Source: Candidatus Campbellbacteria bacterium
Lineage (GTDB): Bacteria > Patescibacteriota > Minisyncoccia > Phycocordibacterales > EsbW-18
Direction of reading: 5' to 3'
Length of the DNA: 64,000 nucleotides
Assembly: GCA_045863475.1 (NCBI GenBank)
Contig: BTUR01000003.1
Span: 8,647-72,646, forward strand
The notes beneath the pieces were generated by a model. It worked only from the letters and a program-made list of their open reading frames with translations, was not told the DNA's origin and ran no database searches. Below, piece after piece: positions 57,211 through 64,000 of this stretch. Position numbers and translations under genes: made by a program. Position 1 is the stretch's first letter. Each line of letters starts with the position of its first letter.

Positions 57211-58245
57211 ATGACACCCGACCACGTTGCGCTGTACAGAAAATACCGGCCGCAGACATTTACGGATGTTCGCGGGCAAGACCAGGTTGTCTCAGTGCTC
57301 TCAAGCGCGCTTGCAAAAGGAAACATAGGCCACGCATACCTGTTTGCCGGCAGCCGCGGCACGGGCAAGACATCCGTGGCGAGAATTTTTGCGCGTGAAA
57401 TCGGAACGCATGACACCGACCTCTACGAGCTCGACGCGGCGTCCAACCGTGGTATCGACGACGTGCGCGCGCTCCGAGAAGCGGTGAACACGCTGCCGTT
57501 TTCATCCCCGTACAAGGTGTACATCATCGACGAGGTGCACATGCTCACGAAAGAGGCGTTCAATGCGCTGCTCAAAACGCTCGAAGAGCCGCCGTCACAC
57601 GTCATTTTCATTCTCGCAACCACTGAAACGGAAAAAATTCCCGAGACGATTATTTCCCGGTGCGAAGTGCACACGTTCAAGCAGCCCTCACGGCACATCC
57701 TCAAAGAACACATCATTGATATTGCAAAGAAGGAGGGATTTACGCTTGAGCACGCCGCAGCCGATCTCATCGCGCTTTTAGCAGACGGTTCGTTCCGCGA
57801 CGCGCACGGCATTCTGCAGAAAATCATTCACTCATCGTCTGATAAAAAGGTGAGTGTTGATGAGGTGTCGCTTATCACCTCGGCTCCCCGCGGCGAGCTT
57901 GTCAACGATGTGCTGCGTTCAATTCAGGAGAACGACGCAAGCCGCGGCATCACGGCACTCTCAGCGGCCGCAGATGCGGGCGTTGATATGAAGGTATTCG
58001 GAAAACTGCTCTTGGAGAAAGTGCGCGCGGTACTGCTTCTGCGGTACACATCTGACGTGCACGAGCGTTTTGCGGAAGAATTCTCCCCGGAAGATCTCGC
58101 GTTTCTTACTGAACTTTCGGCAAAAGACAGCCGCATCACATCGGCGGTACTCTCACGATTTTTGTCTGCATACGCCGCCGTGGACCGCGCGCACATCACG
58201 CACGTGCCGCTGGAACTCGCGCTTTTGGACTGCATTGGCTCATAA
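57211..58245 (+). CDS. dnaX: DNA polymerase III subunit gamma/tau (short form)
   Basis: [13 protein letters not shown], Walker [19 protein letters not shown] motif (ISRCEV). Confidence 0.9.
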   Translation: MTPDHVALYRKYRPQTFTDVRGQDQVVSVLSSALAKGNIGHAYLFAGSRGTGKTSVARIFAREIGTHDTDLYELDAASNRGIDDVRALREAVNTLPFSSPYKVYIIDEVHMLTKEAFNALLKTLEEPPSHVIFILATTETEKIPETIISRCEVHTFKQPSRHILKEHIIDIAKKEGFTLEHAAADLIALLADGSFRDAHGILQKIIHSSSDKKVSVDEVSLITSAPRGELVNDVLRSIQENDASRGITALSAAADAGVDMKVFGKLLLEKVRAVLLLRYTSDVHERFAEEFSPEDLAFLTELSAKDSRITSAVLSRFLSAYAAVDRAHITHVPLELALLDCIGS

Positions 58246-58246
58246 C

Positions 58247-58459
58247 ATGCGGTACGACGTCACGGTCAAACTGCGCAACGATTTTGTGCAGGAAGAAAAC
58301 GGCAAACTCGTCGTCGGTATCCGCACTGTTCCCGAAAAAGGGAAGGCAAATGAAGAGGTTGTTCGCAAGATAGCGAAATACCTCAAAGTGCCGCAGAGCT
58401 CCATCCGCATCATCGCGGGTGCGACATCACGCAAAAAAGTTATTGAGGTGCAACGTTAG
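58247..58459 (+). CDS. DUF167/YggU-family protein
   Basis: VRKIAKYLKVPQSSIRIIAGATSRKKVIEV matches the YggU C-terminal signature. The ATG is 1 nt after the dnaX stop. Confidence 0.65.
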   Translation: MRYDVTVKLRNDFVQEENGKLVVGIRTVPEKGKANEEVVRKIAKYLKVPQSSIRIIAGATSRKKVIEVQR

Positions 58460-59172
58460 AGCGATTTCACGTTGAACACGATGCGGTACGCCGTCTCATC
58501 AAACGGCTGGCTTGCCATGCGCGCCGGTGCGACGGACACAATGGAGATTTCGAATGTATCAAATGCAACCGGTTTCTGGTCGTTGATGTTGAGTGTCTCT
58601 TTGTCCGTGTCGCTTTGCAGCGTGACATTTGCGGTTACGGAACCTGCCTGGATACAGACCGCGTCAATCGGGCATCGGTTGTCGGAGACAACGCTGTTGA
58701 AGGTTATGCGCACGCGGTTGATGAGCTTGGTTTCTCCCAGCGCGACGGTGCCGATGGTGATGTCTGCGTCGGTTGCCTCCTCAAGCGTCTCTACGCGGTA
58801 ACGGTTGCCCTCAAGAAACTCTCCGTAGACGACGACGTTTTTACCGACGAACTCTTTCAGCGCGTTGGAGACGCGGATTTCAAGCGGGAGTACGTACGTC
58901 ACTTCCTGTGTTGTTGCGTCAGGAGAAGGAATGATGAGCTGAAACTCTCCGCCGGCTGTTTGCTGCAGTTCGCCGACAAACTTGTCTTGGGCAGGGCAGG
59001 AGAGAAACTCGCAGTCAGGGCCGGAGCGTCCGACGCCTGAGCCGTCAGGGCACATGAGGGCGTCCATGGTGCAAAATACCTGTTCGTCCGCGGGTTCTTT
59101 TTGTACGACGTAATAAATACCGGCTGACGCGGCGAGAATAACGAGAATCGAAATGACCGTTTTTGATGGCAT
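58456..59172 (-). CDS. hypothetical membrane-anchored secreted protein
   Basis: 238 aa, N-terminal TM helix, Cys-rich stretch near the N-terminus. Confidence 0.45.
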   Translation of the reverse strand: MPSKTVISILVILAASAGIYYVVQKEPADEQVFCTMDALMCPDGSGVGRSGPDCEFLSCPAQDKFVGELQQTAGGEFQLIIPSPDATTQEVTYVLPLEIRVSNALKEFVGKNVVVYGEFLEGNRYRVETLEEATDADITIGTVALGETKLINRVRITFNSVVSDNRCPIDAVCIQAGSVTANVTLQSDTDKETLNINDQKPVAFDTFEISIVSVAPARMASQPFDETAYRIVFNVKSL

Positions 59173-59239
59173 GGAAATATTTGTGGTTGTAATGCTGTCA
59201 GTATACTAAAACGGCCTTAAAATGTTACAATCCGGCCAT

Positions 59240-59310
59240 TGCCGGGTCGTCTAATGGTAGGACACCTCCCTTTGGAGGAGGGTATCTTGGTTCGAGTCCA
59301 AGCCCGGCAA
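59240..59310 (+). tRNA. tRNA-Gln (anticodon TTG)
   Basis: Acceptor TGCCGGG/CCCGGCA, anticodon stem CCTCC/GGAGG with loop CTTTGGA, T-arm CTTGG-TTCGAGT-CCAAG. Confidence 0.8.
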
Positions 59311-59343
59311 CAGTCATGTGATAGACCGAGACCCATCAAAAAT

Positions 59344-59814
59344 ATGGACTACACACTTAGAAAAGCGAGAGAGCAAGATATACCTCAAATCATAGAATTG
59401 AGCGGACTTCTTGCTGACCATCACCATGTTTTGGATTCATATTGGAAGGCAGGATCTGAAACAAAGAATACATTTGGCGAATTCATAAAAAGTGAGTTAG
59501 AGAAGACAAATGTAATGTTGCTTGTTGCGGAGGTAAACCAAAAGGTTGTAGGTTACTTTTCTGCTGAAATAAGCCCTACAAAACCTGTTATTTTTGTTCC
59601 CTATATAGGTCATATCTCAAATGGCTTTCTTCTTGAAGAATATAGAGGCAAAGGAATTGCCAAAAAAGCCGTAGAACAATTCCTCAGTTGGTTTAAAAAA
59701 CAAAATGTAAAAGTTGCTGAACTTACTGTTGATTCTAGAAACGTTGAGGGCGTCAGAGCCTGGGAAGGAATGGGATTTAAGGAGTACATGAAAAGAATGA
59801 AAATGGATATTTAG
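59344..59814 (+). CDS. GNAT-family N-acetyltransferase
   Basis: Acetyl-CoA binding motif YRGKGIAKKAVEQ. AT-rich. Confidence 0.7.
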   Translation: MDYTLRKAREQDIPQIIELSGLLADHHHVLDSYWKAGSETKNTFGEFIKSELEKTNVMLLVAEVNQKVVGYFSAEISPTKPVIFVPYIGHISNGFLLEEYRGKGIAKKAVEQFLSWFKKQNVKVAELTVDSRNVEGVRAWEGMGFKEYMKRMKMDI

Positions 59815-60104
59815 GGCCAGATCGAGACGGGTCGGAATCTCTAATAATTCCTTCCACGATATCCTTACGGGGTCTTGCCACAGAAATCTGAGACCGTGAC
59901 ACACAACAGCCATGTGAGATAGACTGAGACGCCTAAATCAGTCATACTTCTCAAAGTATTTTTTGGACGAGTCATGGGCTCGAACCGCACGGAGAGGGTG
60001 TCCTAGACTCCCTTGAGTCTTGTCGAAAATTTCATATCCGGTGGACAAGGCGTCGAAGCAAAAGACATTATTACTAAGGGTAATTTTTTGCTAAAATTGT
60101 ATAT

Positions 60105-60692
60105 GTGAATAATGAGGACACGAAATTAATACACACAGCAAAGCAAGATCCTCGCGAGTTTGAAGCGGTTTATAGAAAGTATGCGGATAAAGTGTTCAAC
60201 TATTTTTGGTATCGGACTGGACACGACAAGGCTCTTTCCGAGGACCTCATGCAGGAGACGTTCTTGCGCGCCTTTCAGCATCTTAAAAGATTCCAGGTCA
60301 GGGGCTATTCGTACCTGACGTACCTTCTCACCATCGCGCGGCGGCTTCTCATTGACCACTACCGAAAGCCATCTTCAGTACCCCTCGAAGACGCAGAGAA
60401 CGTACCGTACGAGGTAACAGAAGATATTGAACGCAAATCAAACGCCGAAGCGTTGTGGCACGCGATCCAAACCCTGCCACCGTCGAACCGCGATGTTCTC
60501 CTCATGTATTACCAAGACGAGAAGCCGGTAAAAGATATCGCGGTCATTACCGGTTCGTCAGAGAACGCCGTCAAGCTTAACCTTTCGCGCACCCGAAAAA
60601 AGCTCGCTGCCCATCCGTATTTGAAAGATATGGCAGATTTCAGAGGGAAGCAGCGCTCATACACCAAGCCGAAGTTCCTCAAACGGCCCTGA
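60105..60692 (+). CDS. ECF-type RNA polymerase sigma factor (GTG start)
   Basis: Sigma-70 region 2 (FNYFWYRTG..LSEDLMQETFLRAF) and region 4 (DVLLMYYQDEKPVKDIAVITGSSENAVKLNLSRTRKKL). Confidence 0.8.
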   Translation: MNNEDTKLIHTAKQDPREFEAVYRKYADKVFNYFWYRTGHDKALSEDLMQETFLRAFQHLKRFQVRGYSYLTYLLTIARRLLIDHYRKPSSVPLEDAENVPYEVTEDIERKSNAEALWHAIQTLPPSNRDVLLMYYQDEKPVKDIAVITGSSENAVKLNLSRTRKKLAAHPYLKDMADFRGKQRSYTKPKFLKRP

Positions 60693-60783
60693 CACCTTTT
60701 ATGTACCATTCCGTTAAATAGGAATGACCGAAGGGTCTGTGTTTTAACCGCACATAGCGTGGTCGTTTTGATACGAAAATATC

Positions 60784-62010
60784 ATGCAAATAAATAAAAA
60801 TCTTGCTAAGCATGTTGCCATAACGGTCGTAGTTGCTCTCATCACCTCCGTTTTGACCGGAGCCGTTTTTATCACATGGGCAAAGAATAACCCGTCCTCG
60901 TTCGCACAGTTGGTTGCTTCAGGCCCAACAAACAATCAGAACGCATCTTCAACCGCTTTCCTGTATCCGGTCGAGTCTTTAGTGGTGAATACGGTCAAGA
61001 AAACGAACCCAGCGGTTGTCGCTATCACCGTCTCAAAAAACGTTCCGGTCTATGAGAGATATTTAGAGAGAGTCCCAAGTCCCTTTGAAGATTTCTTTGG
61101 CGGGTTCACTATTCCGCAGTTGCGCCAGAATGGTACGGAGCTTCGTGAGGTTGGCGGCGGCTCTGGATTCCTTGTCTCGGCCGACGGCTATATTGTGACC
61201 AACCGCCACGTGGTTGCCGACGAAAGTGCGGAGTACACGGTCTTTGCGAATGACGGCAAAAAGTACGACGCCAAGGTTATCGCTCGTGACCCTGCACTTG
61301 ATCTGGCGATCATAAAAATAAACGGTTCCGGCTTCCCGCACCTCACATTCGCTGACTCCGACAAGCTCGAGGTCGGCCAGAGCGTAATCGCTATCGGCAA
61401 TGCGCTCGCAGAATTTAGGAATACCGTGTCCGTAGGTGTTGTGTCCGGCCTCTCTCGCTCCATCGTTGCATCAGACTCGCTTGGCAGAAATGCCGAGGCG
61501 TTGGATCAGCTCATTCAGACCGACGCCGGTATCAATCACGGCAATTCCGGTGGGCCTCTTTTGAATCTTTCTGGAGAGGTTATCGGCGTGAACGTCGCCA
61601 TAGCCGAAGGCGCAGAGAATATTGGTTTTGCGATCTCTGGCAACAGCGTAAAGAGCGTTGTCGAATCCGTGCAGAAGACAGGCAAGATAGTTCGGCCGTA
61701 TCTTGGCGTTCGGTATGTGGAGATAACGGAAGAAATCAAAGAAAAGAATAAGCTTTCAGTTGATCATGGCGTACTCGTTCAGCGCGGCGCGGCCGTATCC
61801 GATCTCGCGGTCATTCCCGGCTCACCGGCAGATAAAGCCGGAATAGTTGAGAACGACATTGTCTTGGAGATCGACGGCATAAAACTCACGCCGGAGCAGA
61901 GTTTGGCATCCATTATCCGAACAAAGAAAGTCGGCGATTCTGTACGATTGAAAATAAACCACAAAGGCGAAGAAAAGACGGTAACGGTCAAACTGGAAGA
62001 AATGAAATGA
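60784..62010 (+). CDS. htrA: HtrA/DegP-family serine protease with PDZ domain
   Basis: TNRHVV (His), DLAII (Asp), GNSGGPLLN (Ser), C-terminal PDZ. N-terminal TM anchor. Confidence 0.9.
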   Translation: MQINKNLAKHVAITVVVALITSVLTGAVFITWAKNNPSSFAQLVASGPTNNQNASSTAFLYPVESLVVNTVKKTNPAVVAITVSKNVPVYERYLERVPSPFEDFFGGFTIPQLRQNGTELREVGGGSGFLVSADGYIVTNRHVVADESAEYTVFANDGKKYDAKVIARDPALDLAIIKINGSGFPHLTFADSDKLEVGQSVIAIGNALAEFRNTVSVGVVSGLSRSIVASDSLGRNAEALDQLIQTDAGINHGNSGGPLLNLSGEVIGVNVAIAEGAENIGFAISGNSVKSVVESVQKTGKIVRPYLGVRYVEITEEIKEKNKLSVDHGVLVQRGAAVSDLAVIPGSPADKAGIVENDIVLEIDGIKLTPEQSLASIIRTKKVGDSVRLKINHKGEEKTVTVKLEEMK

Positions 62011-62350
62011 CACCTTTTGACCCCTACCTCGTTAAATAAGTTGAAGGTAGCCTGGCCAGCTGCTGAACGTAAGTAAGTTATTGAGCGACCTAATGAGCAA
62101 TATAAGCGCAAGGCATGGACATACTAAATGGCTTAGGAAATTCATTCGTTCAATATCCGATGCGGTTTAGCAAAACTCCTGCCGTATCACAACTGAATAG
62201 GGCGTAAGTAAATCGCTAGCGCGATATTTGAAGAGGGTGGATACTCTCTTGGTCTGGAGGGGCAACCAGTTCGGCATCTCCAGACTGGTTTATGTATAAG
62301 CATTACCCTTTGTGGAAAGGTCGAATGCAAAGGAGCATTACCAGAAGTTA

Positions 62351-62863
62351 ATGCTAACTCCTATGAAAAATGAACTCCAGAAGAGGGGTGATCAAAATCA
62401 AGCTCTCTCACGGCGCGATGACTTCGTGAGCCCCTTCTCTCTCATTGACAGATTCTTCGACGATTCTTGGGACCCGTTCAACATGATGTCACCGAGTTTC
62501 TTCCGTAATCGTGGGCTCGGTAATGTCTCCACATTGTTCCCCAAGGTAGATGTCGAAGAGACGGACAATGAAATTCGGGTGACTGCGAATGTTCCCGGCA
62601 TTGATCCGAACAGCATCAATGTAGAGGTTGGGGATGACTATCTCTCGCTCTCCGGCAAGATCGATAAGGAAACCAAAGACGAAAAGAGAGGCAAGGTCTA
62701 CCGCTATGAGCGCGAGTACGGTGAGTTCAGACGAGAGTTCGCTCTCCCTGCTCGGGTCAACAAGGATGGCATCGTTGCAAAATCAAAGAACGGCGTCCTT
62801 ACGATTACTCTACCGAAGTCGGAAGAGGAATTGAAGAAACGCGTTAAGATTGATGTTGAGTAA
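62351..62863 (+). CDS. Hsp20/alpha-crystallin small heat-shock protein
   Basis: Alpha-crystallin domain VDVEETDNEIRVTANVPGI...VLTITLPK. The ORF track starts at 62312 (GTG); ATG 62351/62363 is preferred. Start uncertain. Confidence 0.8.
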   Translation: MLTPMKNELQKRGDQNQALSRRDDFVSPFSLIDRFFDDSWDPFNMMSPSFFRNRGLGNVSTLFPKVDVEETDNEIRVTANVPGIDPNSINVEVGDDYLSLSGKIDKETKDEKRGKVYRYEREYGEFRREFALPARVNKDGIVAKSKNGVLTITLPKSEEELKKRVKIDVE

Positions 62864-62900
62864 AACAAAAGACCGCTGAGCCTTCAGCGGTCTTTTGTTT
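62864..62900. terminator. bidirectional rho-independent terminator
   Basis: AAAACAAAAGACCGCTGAG-CCTTC-AGCGGTCTTTTGTTT. Confidence 0.7.
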
Positions 62901-63024
62901 AAGCCATACCAGAGTCATGTGCGACCGAGACGGTTCGAATCCTTTTGCGGCAGCCAAGTCGTGCGAGGTTATCGCGCACGAGACGCGTGCTTAGCAAAGT
63001 CGCCAAAAGCGATACAATAGAAGT

Positions 63025-63657
63025 ATGTTCGAGAAGCAGATCAATCAATTCATAGAGGACCTGGCAAGGCATCCGCTTACTCCCAATGTTAAGAATCCAT
63101 GGGACTACTCTCGTTCAGAAAATGAGATTAGGCGAAAGAATCTGCTGGGCTACTTTAAGAAAATGTATGAGCTTAAGCCGAAGATTCTACTAGTCGGTGA
63201 AGCTCCGGGATATCGAGGTTGCGGCAGAGTAGGCATGCCCTTCTCTTCAGAAAAGTTAGTTTTGAGCCACTCTTTCTTTGCAGAAAAAGATGTTTTCGAT
63301 ATCGAAAACAAGGAAGCGCCTATTGCTGAAGCGAGCGCAAGCATTGTATGGAAGACATTTGATACGTTAGATTTCTACCCCCTCATGTGGGCGACATATC
63401 CATACCATCCTCATAAGCCTGGAAATGGTCTAACTAATCGAGCACCGAAGCCAGATGAAATTAAAATCGGTAGACAGTTCATAACTCGCCTCATAGATAT
63501 TTACGGAATCCAGAAAGTGGTCGCGGTAGGTCGAGTTGCAGAGGGAACGCTAAAAGAGCTGAATATTGAAGCTCCTGCAGTGCGCCATCCTTCTCATGGA
63601 GGGGCTACGCTTTTTGCTCAAGGGTTAGCTGATTATAAAAACAGCTTACGCGCATAG
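63025..63657 (+). CDS. uracil-DNA glycosylase superfamily protein (family 4/5 type)
   Basis: GEAPG motif (ILLVGEAPGYRGCGRVGMPF) and the C-terminal HPSHG motif. Confidence 0.8.
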   Translation: MFEKQINQFIEDLARHPLTPNVKNPWDYSRSENEIRRKNLLGYFKKMYELKPKILLVGEAPGYRGCGRVGMPFSSEKLVLSHSFFAEKDVFDIENKEAPIAEASASIVWKTFDTLDFYPLMWATYPYHPHKPGNGLTNRAPKPDEIKIGRQFITRLIDIYGIQKVVAVGRVAEGTLKELNIEAPAVRHPSHGGATLFAQGLADYKNSLRA

Positions 63658-63715
63658 CGCACGAGACGCGTCGTTTTGATAAGCTAAAAGGAAGTCAAAC
63701 GGAGTAAGCAGGCCT

Positions 63716-64000
63716 TGGCCGACCACGGTTCGAACACGAGACGGCCAACATGCAACTCAACCAAGCTCTTGCATTGCCTGGGGATGGGACACTCTGCACA
63801 TCCGTGGTTTGGTAATTCGTAGCGACACCACGGGGTTCGCTTACTTCGACGATGTGGAACTTGTTTCCGAGACCGTTCCACTTCTGTGGCCGCTTGAAGG
63901 TGGCTATCCGGGCGGGACAATCCTCAGTCCTTTCGGGGACGACTGGGTCAGAAGCTGTAACGGTCTCATCAAGAAGCATGCGGGGGTCGACGTCGCCGCG
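63716..64000 (+). CDS. M23-family peptidase-like protein (3'-truncated by window end)
   Basis: The reading frame is open to the window end. Motif TILSPFGDDWVRSCNGLIKKHAGVDVAA has the HxGxD signature. Start uncertain and no in-frame ATG is seen. The minus-strand ORFs here are considered spurious. Confidence 0.4.

Noticed and set aside
63684-63979. Minus-strand ORFs of 78 and 94 aa at the window end
   Set aside because: The plus strand carries an open frame with an M23-peptidase HxGxD motif running off the window. The minus-strand frames have no features.

Overview
This 64-kb window looks like a small, streamlined bacterial genome, possibly CPR/Patescibacteria-like. That lineage call is inference from gene content and compact genes. 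All calls are made from motifs by eye, with no database searches. The genetic code is standard, because TGA, TAA and TAG all terminate long recognisable genes.

Core housekeeping genes, in order:
- prfB, ftsE, ftsX, rarA, def
- metG, rnj, secG, groES/groEL, lemA, htpX
- a GGDEF cyclase, miaA, parB, rel, topA, dprA, serS
- an FtsQ-like gene, dus, dnaX, an ECF sigma factor, htrA, hsp20, a family-4 UDG

RNA genes: seven tRNAs, namely Thr-GGT, Thr-CGT, Gln-CTG, Ser-GGA, Leu-CAA and Gln-TTG, with Gln occurring twice. There is no rRNA and no CRISPR array.

The main accessory feature is an island of about 13.5 kb (8.1-21.7 kb) inserted at the 3' end of tRNA-Gln(CTG). It starts with a minus-strand module: XRE repressor, two hypothetical proteins, an HUH rolling-circle Rep, and a large serine recombinase. 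Divergent from that module is an operon encoding a SMODS/CD-NTase-like minimal nucleotidyltransferase plus two membrane proteins. Next come a tRNA-dependent cyclodipeptide-synthase-like gene, a peptidase-E (S51) homolog, and a run of nucleotide-metabolism genes: a P-loop kinase-CYTH fusion, two stand-alone kinase paralogs, a PNK-like kinase, a Nudix hydrolase, an inositol-monophosphatase-like phosphatase and RidA.

The island genes are partitioned by at least six degenerate copies of the tRNA-Gln 3' end (core GAATCCTAGTCCGG). Two of these copies are preceded by an imperfect palindrome of about 65 bp, which gives the region an integron-like cassette architecture associated with a serine recombinase rather than a tyrosine recombinase.

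A second, weaker cassette-like pattern follows tRNA-Gln(TTG) at 59.2-63.7 kb, marked by CATGTG..GACCGAGAC repeats and a direct repeat flanking the UDG gene.

Smaller oddities:
- duplicated tRNA 3' ends next to tRNA-Thr and tRNA-Ser
- a poly-C tract abutting a CAP-domain gene
- two convergent secreted poly-acidic proteins beside a Na+/Ca2+ exchanger
- an R/G-rich N-terminal extension on RNase J
- a duplicated htpX N-terminal fragment
- a start-codon-sequestering hairpin in the hsp20 leader
- a structured 437-bp non-coding region upstream of dnaX
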